Part shown: piece after piece, positions 1 through 9,511 of the stretch
Position numbering within the stretch: position 1 is the stretch's first letter
Layout of the letters: each line of letters opens with the position of its first letter
NCBI GenBank assembly: GCA_964596185.1
Contig: CAZQUE010000020.1
Coordinates: forward strand, 1-58,346
DNA: 58,346 nucleotides
Direction: 5' to 3'
Origin: an uncultured bacterium
Lineage (GTDB): Bacteria > Muiribacteriota > Ozemobacteria > Ozemobacterales > Ozemobacteraceae
Translations under genes and position numbers: made by a program
Notes under the pieces: model-generated
Databases searched by the model: none
What the model was told of the DNA's origin: nothing
The model's input: the letters and a program-made list of their open reading frames with translations, nothing else

Positions 1-432
1 ATTGGGATTCTTGAGGTGTCGCAGGCCAACGACGTTGGCGGCAAAGCTGGATTTGTCAGTGATTTCAAGACTCAGATGGGTAAGCATGCGGCCTTTTTGA
101 TCGCGCAGAACGAGTCTGGTTTTGCCGTTCTTCCAGTTTTCAACTTTGCCGTAGGCATGAGTCATGAAATGGCCTTTGGTATCGCGAACGACCCATTTTG
201 ACTTGCCGCCCCATGATTCGAGCTTGCCATAGTTCCAGGTAACGAATTTTCCCTGGCTATCTCTGACTACGAATTTGATGCCCTGGTTTTTCCATGCTTC
301 ATAGGCCTTGGTTAAATCCTTGACCGGCTTGGTTTCTGCAGGAATAACCGAAGAGGCTGCGAAAAGGCCGGCTACCTGAATGGTGAAAACCAATAACAAA
401 GCTATAAATGTGAAGTTTCTTGCAACTTTCAT
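1..432 (-). CDS. secreted repeat protein, 5'-partial in window (hypothetical)
   Basis: Minus-strand ATG at 432 preceded by GGAGGT. The ORF runs off the window start, so it is absent from the ORF track. N-terminal signal peptide (MKVARNFTFIALLLVFTIQVAGLFAA). Three ~35-aa repeats of the form KFVVRDSQGKF.TW.YGKLE.WGGK. The 16..201 plus-strand ORF lies inside it and was rejected. Confidence 0.4.
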   Translation of the reverse strand, partial: MKVARNFTFIALLLVFTIQVAGLFAASSVIPAETKPVKDLTKAYEAWKNQGIKFVVRDSQGKFVTWNYGKLESWGGKSKWVVRDTKGHFMTHAYGKVENWKNGKTRLVLRDQKGRMLTHLSLEITDKSSFAANVVGLRHLKNPN

Positions 433-517
433 CTCTTACCTCCAGATTTAATGTTACAATTTTAACATATTTTCAAAAAAGCGCAAATCTTTGCTATAAT
501 TCGGCTGATTCAATTCA

Positions 518-3500
518 TTGCACCATACGAGGAAAGTAATGCCAAACGAAGAATTACTGCAGGTCTTTAAAAAATATAAATCGGACAGCGAAATCTTTCA
601 CGATCTGATGCGTTTCAAAGTTCGCGAGCTCTTGCTCGTCGCAACCATTTATGACGCCTATGCCCTGGAACAGGATGGATTGCTCGCAGAAAAGATTTTC
701 GGCGAATATTTTCATTTAAATCTTACCAGTGCCCCACGTATAACCAGCGTAACTTCGACCCAGGAAGCCCTTGAAATGCTTGAAAAAAGGCAGTTTCACA
801 TGGTCGTGGTCTTAAGCCGCCTGAACAAGGTTGATATGATCAAGACCGGTGAAACGGTCAAGGAAAAATATCCGGATCTGCCAGTATTGTTGTTGCTCAA
901 TGACAACAGCGATCTTGAGGGATACGATGCGAGACTCGATATTTGCCGGTTTTATGACAGTGTTTTTGTCTGGAACGGTAATTCAGAAATCTTTCTGGCG
1001 ATGATCAAATACGTTGAAGATCAGAAAAACGCCGATCGCGACACTCAGATTGCCCAGGTGCGCATCATTTTGCTGGTTGAGGATTCGATTCGCTATTATT
1101 CCCGTTATCTGCCACATCTTTATTCTGAGCTGATCAGGCAGACTTCAAAATTGGTAGAAGAAGAAATGCAGGAAGAAACCAAAAAGGTTTTGAAAATGCG
1201 CTGTCGCCCGAAAATCATCCTTGCAACCAATTATGAAGAAGCAATGGAACTGTTTGACTATTATCGTGACTTCCTGCTTTGCGTCATTACCGATGTCAAA
1301 TACCACAAAGACGGAGTTCTCGATGACGAAGCCGGCATCAAGTTGGCTCGTCGGCTTAAAGAACTTCAGCCAGACCTGCCGATTCTTCTGCAATCTTCCG
1401 AGCCAAACATTGAATCGGTCGCCAACCGCATCGGCGCCTCTTTCATTCACAAAGAATCACAGTTCTTGTCAAAAAGACTATCAAAGTTTTTTTATCGCAA
1501 TCTTGGATTTGGCGATTTCGTTTTTCGCAACAGTCGTGGGGAAGAAATCACCCGGGCCAAGACCATGGCCGATTTTCGCAACTGCCTGCGCATCGTGCCG
1601 TCTGAATCGATCGAATATCACGCCAGTCGCAACCATTTTTCCACCTGGCTGCTGGCCCGTGGTGAAGTGCAGACCGCCAAGGTCGTTTCGCGAATTCATG
1701 TAACCGAGTTCGATCGCGTCGAGGCTCTTAGAGACTTTCTCATCAACATGGGAAACTGGGTTTTCCGAATGAAAACTCGCGGCAAGGTCATTTCCTTCGA
1801 CAAATCCTTCATCGGCGAAACCAGACATCACATCAGCAAACTCGCCGAAGGTTCGATCGGCGGCAAAGCACGCGGTATCGCTTTCATGAATTATCTGCTC
1901 TATAATTCGACCATGCTCGAGGCTGTTCCGGATGTGGTAATTCGCATTCCAGAAACATTTATCATCGGTGTTGATGAGTTTACAAACTTTATTGCCATCA
2001 ATGATCTTGCCGAGTTCATCACCTATGAAAGAAATTATGATGTAATCAAAAGGCGTTTCCTTGACAGTCGTCTGTCCGAAAAAATCCTCAATCGCTTGCG
2101 CATTGTTCTTCAGAAAATCAATTATCCGCTTGCGGTGAGATCTAGCGGTGTTCTTGAAGATTCCGTTTCCCATTCGATGTCGGGTCTTTATGAAACCTTC
2201 TTTTTGCCGAACAACCACCCGGATCTTGAAACAAGGCTAAAACAGGTAGAAGACGCCATCAAGCTGGTTTATGCCTCGGTTTATTCAAAAGAGGCCCGCG
2301 AATACTTCGATGCAATTAACTATAATATTGAAGAAGAAAAAATGGCGGTAGTCATTCAGCAGATCGTCGGCAAACAGCATGGCAATCTTTTTTACCCGAT
2401 GATTTCCGGTGTTGGGCAGTCATACAACTATTATCCATTTTCATATATCAAGCCTGAAGATGGCGTGGGAATGCTCGTGCTCGGCCTTGGGCGCCACGTC
2501 GTCGGGGGTGAGCGCTCGTTTCGTTTCTGCCCGAGCTATCCCAAACTTGAAATCCTGACCCCTGAAGAGTTGGTCAAAAATTCACAGAAGCGCTTTTACG
2601 GACTCGATCTTGGGCGAAATACCGTTGATCTTTTTAACGGTGAAGATGCCACCCTGCTAAAATGTGAGATTGGCGATGCCGATCACAGCGTGCTGCGTCA
2701 CATTGCCTCGACCTGGAACCATCTCGACCAGAGACTTGAGGTTGGTGTCGAAACCCGCGGCCCACGGGTGCTCAATTTTGCCAACATTCTGCAGTTCGAA
2801 TCTTTCCCGCTTGCCAAAGCAATGAAGCATATTCTCGATGTTTCAGAAGAAGCTCTTGAAACACCCGTAGAAATCGAATTTGCCGTCGAAATAGACCAGA
2901 CCGAAGACGGTGAAAAGCCGGTTTTCTACCTGCTGCAATTGAAGCACATGCTCCGGGAATCAGATGAGTGCAGCATTGACATCGGCCAGATCGAAAAGGA
3001 AAAGCTGATGCTATATGCTGATGGTGGCATGGGCAACGGCAGAATAGAAGAAATTTCCGATATTATCTGGATCGACCCGAACAGTTTCGATAAGTCTAAA
3101 ACTGAAGAAATGGCTCTGGAAGTCGAAGCTTTTAATCAGAAGTTAAAGGCAGAGGGGCGAAAGTATCTGCTGCTTGGCCCGGGACGCTGGGGTACCCGCG
3201 ATCGCTGGCTTGGCATTCCCATTACCTGGCCTCAGGCATCATTTGCCCGGGTCATTGTTGAATATTCTCTCGAAAACTTTAGGGTTGACGCCTCGATGGG
3301 CTCACATTTCTTTCACAATGTGACGACGATGAACATTGGTTACTTCTCGGTGCGACAGGATTCGGGCGGTGGTTTTATTGCCTGGGACTGGTTGCGCAAT
3401 CAGCCTGTGCTCGAGCAGAAAAGCTTCTTCATTCATTCCCGTCTCGAACATCCGATGGGGGTCGTCATGGACGGTCGCAAGGCAATATTCGTTATTTACA

Positions 3501-3574
3501 AGCATGTCGATGATTCGAAAACCGTTGAAGCGACTGAGGTAGAGATTTCAGAATTTGCCAATATCGTCGATTGA
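518..3574 (+). CDS. response regulator receiver domain(s) fused to a PEP-utilizing / pyruvate-phosphate-dikinase-like PEP/pyruvate-binding (ATP-grasp) domain protein
   Basis: 1018 aa. The N-terminal part resembles CheY-like receiver domains (LLLVATIYD.. and ILLVEDS blocks). A central block SKLAEGSIGGKARGIAFMNYLL is typical of the PPDK_N / PEP-synthase nucleotide-binding domain. The C-terminal region is a mobile-domain-like segment. Confidence 0.6.
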   Translation: MHHTRKVMPNEELLQVFKKYKSDSEIFHDLMRFKVRELLLVATIYDAYALEQDGLLAEKIFGEYFHLNLTSAPRITSVTSTQEALEMLEKRQFHMVVVLSRLNKVDMIKTGETVKEKYPDLPVLLLLNDNSDLEGYDARLDICRFYDSVFVWNGNSEIFLAMIKYVEDQKNADRDTQIAQVRIILLVEDSIRYYSRYLPHLYSELIRQTSKLVEEEMQEETKKVLKMRCRPKIILATNYEEAMELFDYYRDFLLCVITDVKYHKDGVLDDEAGIKLARRLKELQPDLPILLQSSEPNIESVANRIGASFIHKESQFLSKRLSKFFYRNLGFGDFVFRNSRGEEITRAKTMADFRNCLRIVPSESIEYHASRNHFSTWLLARGEVQTAKVVSRIHVTEFDRVEALRDFLINMGNWVFRMKTRGKVISFDKSFIGETRHHISKLAEGSIGGKARGIAFMNYLLYNSTMLEAVPDVVIRIPETFIIGVDEFTNFIAINDLAEFITYERNYDVIKRRFLDSRLSEKILNRLRIVLQKINYPLAVRSSGVLEDSVSHSMSGLYETFFLPNNHPDLETRLKQVEDAIKLVYASVYSKEAREYFDAINYNIEEEKMAVVIQQIVGKQHGNLFYPMISGVGQSYNYYPFSYIKPEDGVGMLVLGLGRHVVGGERSFRFCPSYPKLEILTPEELVKNSQKRFYGLDLGRNTVDLFNGEDATLLKCEIGDADHSVLRHIASTWNHLDQRLEVGVETRGPRVLNFANILQFESFPLAKAMKHILDVSEEALETPVEIEFAVEIDQTEDGEKPVFYLLQLKHMLRESDECSIDIGQIEKEKLMLYADGGMGNGRIEEISDIIWIDPNSFDKSKTEEMALEVEAFNQKLKAEGRKYLLLGPGRWGTRDRWLGIPITWPQASFARVIVEYSLENFRVDASMGSHFFHNVTTMNIGYFSVRQDSGGGFIAWDWLRNQPVLEQKSFFIHSRLEHPMGVVMDGRKAIFVIYKHVDDSKTVEATEVEISEFANIVD

Positions 3575-3741
3575 AAAGGCTGTTTTCTTGTTGAATCTTG
3601 AAGTGATAAGAGTGTGCAAGACTAAGTGCTGCATAACCGGCAACTTAGTTTTGCAATTAACAAATTTGCAAATTTTTCCCGTGGCGTATTGCCGGTATTA
3701 TTAAAAATTCTTATACTTACCGGTACTGGCAGGAGGTTTTT

Positions 3742-4299
3742 ATGAAATTAATGGCAAAAAATCGAGCTTTTTTCAGCTTTGTTTTGATATTTTCGATGTT
3801 GATGGGGTTGCTTTACACTCCGGTTGAGGCGGCGATTACCCGCGAGCAGATGCAAAAAGTAGTCAAATGGGGCACTATCGGCGGAGTTGCAATCAGTGCC
3901 GTTATTGGTGCTGCGACCTTTGGGGTCGGCGGTCTGATTATCGGTGCCGGAATCGGGGCCTTGACTACGACTCTTATCTGTGATCATTTTGGTATAGCAC
4001 CCCGCGACCAATGGAAACAGGTTTTTCCCAATTTTAAACTGCCGTTTAAATACAACCGCCAGAATCAGAGTGGTGGTCTCGGAACCAGCATTCCGGTCAC
4101 CAACGCCGCAGCCGCTCCAGCATTGAACCAGAATCGTTCAAGCAACGTCGATAAATCCCTGGCCGACAAAATTCGCGAAAACTATCAGAAAGCCTATCGT
4201 GAATATACTGATGCCGTTCAGAAAAGCAAAGACTCCGGTTTGATCAAAAAGGCTCTCGACGCATATAAAAAGGCTAAGGCTGAATTCGACAAGCTCTGA
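3742..4299 (+). CDS. hypothetical secreted/membrane protein (Gly-rich TM segment, Lys-rich C-terminus)
   Basis: GGAGG RBS 8 nt upstream. Signal peptide followed by a glycine-zipper-like TM segment (GGVAISAVIGAATFGVGGLIIGAGIGAL). Followed by a clean terminator. Confidence 0.5.
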   Translation: MKLMAKNRAFFSFVLIFSMLMGLLYTPVEAAITREQMQKVVKWGTIGGVAISAVIGAATFGVGGLIIGAGIGALTTTLICDHFGIAPRDQWKQVFPNFKLPFKYNRQNQSGGLGTSIPVTNAAAAPALNQNRSSNVDKSLADKIRENYQKAYREYTDAVQKSKDSGLIKKALDAYKKAKAEFDKL

Positions 4300-4319
4300 A
4301 CTTTTTAAAAAAAATGAAA

Positions 4320-4350
4320 GGCTGCCTTGCTAAAAAGGCAGCTTTTTTAT
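4320..4350 (+). terminator. rho-independent terminator (GGCTGCCTT-loop-AAGGCAGC followed by a 6-T run)
   Basis: Perfect 8-9 bp GC-rich stem plus a 6-T run immediately after the stop of the 3742..4299 gene. Confidence 0.6.
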
Positions 4351-4526
4351 TTGCGCTGATATCTGTCGAGTTTAGGTCGATTTCCGGTAAAAGGTTTATT
4401 TGAGGTTAAGAATGATTCCTGTAAATCTTTGACAGACATTATGGGAAGTTTTCTGAACCATGGCGTCTGGAAATTTTGTGCTGAATATGTTACTTTGTGA
4501 GATCAGAATTTAACGGGAAAGCTTTT

Positions 4527-4892
4527 ATGTTCGATTCACCAGTCACAGTAGTATTAGTCATTTTTGTCGCTTATATCCTGATTAACAAGTTGCTGCAGGT
4601 AAGTGCCCAAAAAGCACGGGAGCTGATCGACCAGGGAGCGATTATCGTCGATGTGCGAACGCCCCAGGAGTTTGCCGGGGGATCAGTTAAAAATGCCATC
4701 AATCTGCCACTTGACAATATTGCCGAGTTGGCTCGCAAGAATATTCCTGAGCAGGAAAAGCCTATTCTGGTATTTTGTCTGAGTGGAACGAGGTCTTCTA
4801 TGGCCAGATCCATTTTGCGCCGGTCAGGCTATAAAAATGTTTTCAATCTGGGTTCTTTTTTACGGGCCCGTTCGATTGCAGGCCAGCAATGA
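4527..4892 (+). CDS. membrane-anchored single-domain rhodanese (sulfurtransferase)
   Basis: N-terminal TM helix, then a rhodanese fold (IIVDVRTPQEFAGGSVKNAINLP) with the active-site loop CLSGTRS (Cx4R-type). The GTG at 4497 is an alternative start. Confidence 0.7.
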   Translation: MFDSPVTVVLVIFVAYILINKLLQVSAQKARELIDQGAIIVDVRTPQEFAGGSVKNAINLPLDNIAELARKNIPEQEKPILVFCLSGTRSSMARSILRRSGYKNVFNLGSFLRARSIAGQQ

Positions 4893-5455
4893 GTATACTG
4901 GAAAACCGCTACGAGTTCACACCCGATGGCAAAGCCATCGTCGATATTACTGTTGAGGCAATCAGTGATCTTTTCAACAGCTTCGACAAAAAAACGACAT
5001 TTTCAAGGCGAGAACTCGATCAGGATTTTGTTGAATATTTGATCGAGTGCGTTAAAGAAATTGGAACCAACGATTTTATCATACGCATTTCAATCGAGCA
5101 TGAGTTCAACAGTTTACAGGAAAACAATCTGCGCAAGGCGATAATGAATTATTTTGCCTATCTTGGCGAAGTCGAGAAATTAAAATTCAAAAGGGAGATG
5201 CGTAAATTTTTCCTGCTGATGCTTCTAGGCATTTCGCTTCTGGCATTGATCAGCGCCAATAAAGTCCCTGATAATGCCAATGTCGAACTTTGGATGAAGA
5301 TGTTACAGGAAGGTCTGATCATCGCATCGTGGGTCGCGATCTGGGAAGCGATGACCGCGATCGTATTCAGCTGGTCGCCTTATCTGGCCAATACCCAGAT
5401 TTATTCCCGTGTCCTCAATACTGAAATAAAGATCATAACCGTGGTCTCCAGATAA
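4889..5455 (+). CDS. hypothetical membrane-associated protein
   Basis: ATGA overlap with the rhodanese stop. C-terminal hydrophobic helices. No recognisable motif. Confidence 0.4.
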   Translation: MSILENRYEFTPDGKAIVDITVEAISDLFNSFDKKTTFSRRELDQDFVEYLIECVKEIGTNDFIIRISIEHEFNSLQENNLRKAIMNYFAYLGEVEKLKFKREMRKFFLLMLLGISLLALISANKVPDNANVELWMKMLQEGLIIASWVAIWEAMTAIVFSWSPYLANTQIYSRVLNTEIKIITVVSR

Positions 5456-5521
5456 AAAAAACAATGATACTTGATTAATCGAAGTCGGCAAAATCAAATA
5501 TAAATTTAAGGTTGAAAAGTT

Positions 5522-6046
5522 ATGGTAGTAAAATGTGCCTGGTGTGATGTAACAATAGACGATGCTGATACTTCTGCCGATGAACGATATCCGGTTTCGC
5601 ACGGAATCTGCCCGCAGTGTGCAGAAAAAATGCTGCGGGATCTGCCAACCACGGCGAAAAACTTTCTCGATTCATTTGAACAGCCGGTGATGTTGGTTGA
5701 TAACGTCAATAACGTCCTGATAACCAATCGTGCCGCCAAGTTGATGGTCTCTGCCGATTTCGATTTTTCTGACCACGCGAGGTGTGGCAAGTTCCTCGGC
5801 TGTGTGCATGCAGATTTGCCCGGTGGCTGTGGCGCTACTGTTCATTGTGAAAGCTGTGTCATTCGTCGCTGCATTTTGCATACGGATAAAACTGGACTGC
5901 CCTGTCAAATGGAGGCCTGCGAGGATTATCGCTTTTTTAGCGGTGAACGTAAGGCAAGCCTGGTAGTAACTACCGAGAAAGTCGGTGACCGGATCTTGCT
6001 GAAGATCGATCCGGTGAAAAATGAAGAAAGCGACAAAGAAGAATGA
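5522..6046 (+). CDS. Cys-rich hypothetical protein (CxxC..CxxC N-terminus, Cys cluster C-terminus)
   Basis: Motifs CAWC...CPQC and CGKFLGCVH..CGATVHCESCVIRRC..C.MEAC. Possible PAS-like middle segment. Translationally coupled to the next gene. Confidence 0.45.
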   Translation: MVVKCAWCDVTIDDADTSADERYPVSHGICPQCAEKMLRDLPTTAKNFLDSFEQPVMLVDNVNNVLITNRAAKLMVSADFDFSDHARCGKFLGCVHADLPGGCGATVHCESCVIRRCILHTDKTGLPCQMEACEDYRFFSGERKASLVVTTEKVGDRILLKIDPVKNEESDKEE

Positions 6047-6606
6047 TTGAAGCCTATGTCGGCCTTGTCAAGGCTTATCCGATTATTACTGCGATGGTTC
6101 AGTTCGCGATTTTGGGTACATTCGGTGATGTTATTGCCAAATGGATCATCGAGCGGCGAGTCAGCCTGCCTTTCGGCGTAAAAATACTTCTGTTGAAGAT
6201 GCTGGAGTGGGCTTTTCTCGCAGTATTGATCAAATATGCCTTCGCCGGCTTCAATGGATTTGTCGACGCTCTGGTTGCCCATGAAATGCTGCCGGAACTA
6301 GGCCGATATTCTCGGGCTTTTGCCATTTCGACCTCGATGAATTTACAGTTTGGGCCATTTCTGGTTCTCATGCATCGTTTGCTCGACAATCTGGTTGCCG
6401 GCCAGAAAAACTGGGCCAATCTCGACAAGGGCTTCATGTCGCTGCTCTGGTTCTGGATTCCTGCCCACACAGTAACTTTTTGTCTAGACAAGCATTACCA
6501 GATAGGCCTTGCAGCCCTATGGTCAGTTGTTTTGGGCATTATTCTCGGGTTTTACAATCGCAAACCTGAGATTAAACCGGTTGAAGCCGAAACAGAGGCA
6601 AGCTGA
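6043..6606 (+). CDS. hypothetical integral membrane protein
   Basis: 4-bp overlap with the upstream gene. Four or more hydrophobic helices. Confidence 0.4.
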   Translation: MIEAYVGLVKAYPIITAMVQFAILGTFGDVIAKWIIERRVSLPFGVKILLLKMLEWAFLAVLIKYAFAGFNGFVDALVAHEMLPELGRYSRAFAISTSMNLQFGPFLVLMHRLLDNLVAGQKNWANLDKGFMSLLWFWIPAHTVTFCLDKHYQIGLAALWSVVLGIILGFYNRKPEIKPVEAETEAS

Positions 6607-6796
6607 AAGATAATCTTTCATTTTTTTGTTTCTTTGAAAGCATTGCTTTTTCCTCAACCACTACCGAACCACCCATGATATTGGCGCTGTTGCCGCCGAA
6701 CATTTTTCCCATCATTTTTGAGCCAGAAAAAAGTGGAAAAATCGCGGCAAAAGCGTTAAATTACAGTAATATTGAATTGCCAGAAAGGAATTGGAT

Positions 6797-7147
6797 ATGA
6801 GCGAAGATAGAATTAAAAAATTTGAAGCTCGCCGCCAGGAGCTGGAGAAGCTAACGGATGAACAACTGAAGGCACGGTTCTGGGAACTTTGCAATAAAGT
6901 CGTTGAACCGATGGTTGAGTATGGTCGAAAATACACCTCACCGTCGATCGAGCGCTCGGTTTTGCTGCGCATGGGCATCGACAGCCAAACCTCGCAGGCA
7001 GTTGTGAGTCGCATAAATGAAGCCGGTTTGCTGGGCAAGGGTGCCGGCCATGTGGTTTTGAAGGTTTCACAAAAAAGAAATACCGATATTCGTCAGGCTG
7101 CCAAGCTGATTGCAGAAGATAAAACTGCCGTCGAAGGCCTTTTTTGA
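6797..7147 (+). CDS. oraS: D-ornithine 4,5-aminomutase subunit alpha (OraS-like)
   Basis: ~116 aa. Blocks TSPSIERSVLLRMG and GKGAGHVV match my recollection of Clostridium sticklandii OraS. AAGGA RBS. Immediately precedes an OraE-sized gene. Confidence 0.6.
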   Translation: MSEDRIKKFEARRQELEKLTDEQLKARFWELCNKVVEPMVEYGRKYTSPSIERSVLLRMGIDSQTSQAVVSRINEAGLLGKGAGHVVLKVSQKRNTDIRQAAKLIAEDKTAVEGLF

Positions 7148-7161
7148 GATAGGAGCCGAAT

Positions 7162-9360
7162 ATGACCAAAATACTTGATCCCAAAACCAAACTTGATATC
7201 GAAGAAATTCTCAACAACCTCGAAGATTACCATCCGCGAAGAAAAGGCTGGACATGGCGCCAGCAGATCGATTATAAGGTCGAGAAATTTCATTTCAAAG
7301 ACATGACTGCCCCCCTGAAAAATTCAGTTCCATTGCCGGCAGCAAAATATTTTAATCATATCGATCCCCAGCCGAAGCCGGTCATCACAACCGAAATCGC
7401 TTCCGGACGATTCGAAGATGATATCCGCAGAATGCGCATGGCAGCATGGCATGGCGCAGACCATATCATGGTCATTAGAACCACTGGACAAAGTCATATC
7501 GACGGCCTGCTCGAAGGAACCCCGGAAGGGGTGGGTGGTGTTCCGATTACCAGAAAACAGATTCGAGCCTCGCGCAAAGCCTGCGATATGATCGAAGATG
7601 AAGTCGGTCGGCCGATTAATTTCCATTCCTACGTTTCCGGCGTAGCCGGCCCCGAAGTAGCGGTGCTTTTTGCAGAAGAAGGCATTAACGGCGCGCATCA
7701 GGATCCGCAGTATAACGTTCTGTATCGCAATGTTAACATGTACCGTTCGTTTGCCGATGCTGCCAGCGCTAAAAAAGTCATGGCCGACGCCGGCATTTTC
7801 CAGATTGACGGCGCCCACAATGCTAACGCCACGGCTAAGGAAGGCTGGTCGGTTATGCCTGAACTACTGGTTCAGCATGGCATCAACTGCGCATTTTCCC
7901 AGGCATGTGGCATGCCAAGAGAACAGATCGGTCTTTCGACTGTGCCCCCGTGTGCGCCGCCTTCACCTAAGCTTTGGTATGACCTTCCTTATGCCGTTGC
8001 TCTGCGCGACTTTTTCAAAGAATTCAAATTCAGAGCTCAGCAGAATACCAGATACATCGAATCCGATATCGAAGAAGCTACGAGAACCCACGTTATCGAT
8101 ACGATGATTTCAGCGTTGACTCATGCTGATATTCAGAGCACCATCACTCCCGACGAAGGCCGAAACGTGCCCTGGCATTACAATAATATTCGCGGCATCG
8201 AAACCGCAAAGCAAACCCTCGTTGCTCTTGACGGTATCAAACAATTGATTAAAATAGATCGCGATGGGCCCTTGGGTGAAATGGTTCGTGACCTTAAAGA
8301 GCGAGCGATTTGCTTCCTTGAAGAAATGATCGAATCTGGTGGCTATTTTGCCGCTGTTGAAAAAGGCTTCTTTGTCGATTCAGCCAGGTATCCCGAAAGA
8401 AATGGCGATGGTATCGCCCGTGACGGAAAGGGTGGGGTCGGTGTCGGCAGTATTGTCGAACGTGATTCCGATTATATGGCGCCAGTTTGCAGTGTCTTCG
8501 GCCATAACCATCTTCCGGCCGGACTTGCCAAACCATGTGATCCTATCGATGGCTGTACTCTCTGTAAGCCTGAAAAGATTCATTATATCGACGAAATCGA
8601 TCCCAATGATAATTGCAATCTTCGCCTTGAAAAAACGGTTGAATTTCGTAAAGGTGATAAAATCAAACCTGAAGTTGAATGGGCCGGTGATGGTACCGTG
8701 CTGATCCAGCTGTTTTTGCCTGAAGAAATAGAGGTTGCAAGGGTTGCAGCTCTTGAAGTTGCCAAGAAAATGGGGCTGCAGGAACCAGAGGTGATCAATG
8801 CCCAGGTTATGCATCCCTCAGAGGGAACATTTCTTGAAGTAAAAGGCAAGGTTGATTTCACCATCGATCGCAAGACTCTGAAAATCCCACCAAAAGAGCA
8901 AATGCTTTCAGAAGAAGAGATTCGGGCCGGAATCAAAAAAGTCGGGCTTAAAGTGGTCGCCGGAACTGTCGGTGAAGATGAGCATTCGGTTGGTCTTCGC
9001 GAAATTCTTGACATCAAACATGGTGGTATTGAAAAATACGGCGTTAAGTATCACTATCTGGGCACTTCGGTTCCAATCGGAAAAATGGTCGATGCAGCAA
9101 TAGAAACCGGAGCTCAGGCCATCCTGATCAGTACCATCATCAGTCATAATGATGTACACCGCAAGAATATGCGCAAACTCGATGAGCTTTGCCGCGAAAA
9201 AGGTATTCGCGACAAGGTTCTGCTGATTTGCGGCGGCACTCAGGTCACTCGTGAGATTGCCCGTGAATGTGGCATGGATGATGGCTTTGGTCGTGGCACC
9301 AAAGGAATTCAGGTTGTGAATTCAATGGTCAAGTCGTTGCAGGAAAAGGGTCAGATCTAA
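7162..9360 (+). CDS. oraE: D-ornithine 4,5-aminomutase subunit beta (OraE-like; PLP- and B12-dependent)
   Basis: 732 aa, the same size as OraE. The C-terminal B12-binding domain carries a DxHxxG-type motif (GEDEHSVG) and a Rossmann-like GGTQVT segment. TAGGAG RBS. Confidence 0.65.
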   Translation: MTKILDPKTKLDIEEILNNLEDYHPRRKGWTWRQQIDYKVEKFHFKDMTAPLKNSVPLPAAKYFNHIDPQPKPVITTEIASGRFEDDIRRMRMAAWHGADHIMVIRTTGQSHIDGLLEGTPEGVGGVPITRKQIRASRKACDMIEDEVGRPINFHSYVSGVAGPEVAVLFAEEGINGAHQDPQYNVLYRNVNMYRSFADAASAKKVMADAGIFQIDGAHNANATAKEGWSVMPELLVQHGINCAFSQACGMPREQIGLSTVPPCAPPSPKLWYDLPYAVALRDFFKEFKFRAQQNTRYIESDIEEATRTHVIDTMISALTHADIQSTITPDEGRNVPWHYNNIRGIETAKQTLVALDGIKQLIKIDRDGPLGEMVRDLKERAICFLEEMIESGGYFAAVEKGFFVDSARYPERNGDGIARDGKGGVGVGSIVERDSDYMAPVCSVFGHNHLPAGLAKPCDPIDGCTLCKPEKIHYIDEIDPNDNCNLRLEKTVEFRKGDKIKPEVEWAGDGTVLIQLFLPEEIEVARVAALEVAKKMGLQEPEVINAQVMHPSEGTFLEVKGKVDFTIDRKTLKIPPKEQMLSEEEIRAGIKKVGLKVVAGTVGEDEHSVGLREILDIKHGGIEKYGVKYHYLGTSVPIGKMVDAAIETGAQAILISTIISHNDVHRKNMRKLDELCREKGIRDKVLLICGGTQVTREIARECGMDDGFGRGTKGIQVVNSMVKSLQEKGQI

Positions 9361-9393
9361 TCCGGCTTTTTTCGATTGATAATGTTACTTTCA

Positions 9394-9420
9394 GGGATCG
9401 CCTCGCAAAAGGGCGATCCC
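9394..9420 (+). terminator. hairpin downstream of oraE (GGGATCGCC-loop-GGCGATCCC), weak U tract
   Basis: Perfect 9-bp stem seen in the sequence. The downstream T tract is interrupted, so this could be an attenuator or processing site rather than a strong terminator. Confidence 0.3.
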
Positions 9421-9511
9421 TTATGCTTTCAGGTATATTATTCATAAAGTTGTTTAAAGCCGGCGGTTGTGCTAAGATTAACGCCTGAATTCAGATTTAC
9501 AAGGTCGTGGC

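Noticed and set aside
16-201. 61-aa plus-strand ORF at the window start
   Set aside because: It lies entirely inside a much better minus-strand ORF that has an RBS, a signal peptide and repeats. It has no RBS and no motif.
1145-2218. Antisense and alternate-frame ORFs (1145..1450 -, 1221..1703 +, 1481..2218 -) inside the 518..3574 gene
   Set aside because: They are embedded in a long motif-bearing ORF with low-complexity translations. I treat them as typical shadow ORFs.
3636-3680. Possible sigma54 -24/-12 element (GGCAAC...TTTGCA) and a TTTGCAA direct repeat upstream of the 3742 gene
   Set aside because: The GG-to-GC spacing is 12 rather than the 10 expected for the consensus. I am not confident enough to call a promoter.
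6607-6796. Long leader before oraS, checked for a cobalamin riboswitch
   Set aside because: I could not recognise a B12-box or the conserved riboswitch stem pattern. It would need a covariance-model search (cmsearch with RF00174) to be sure.
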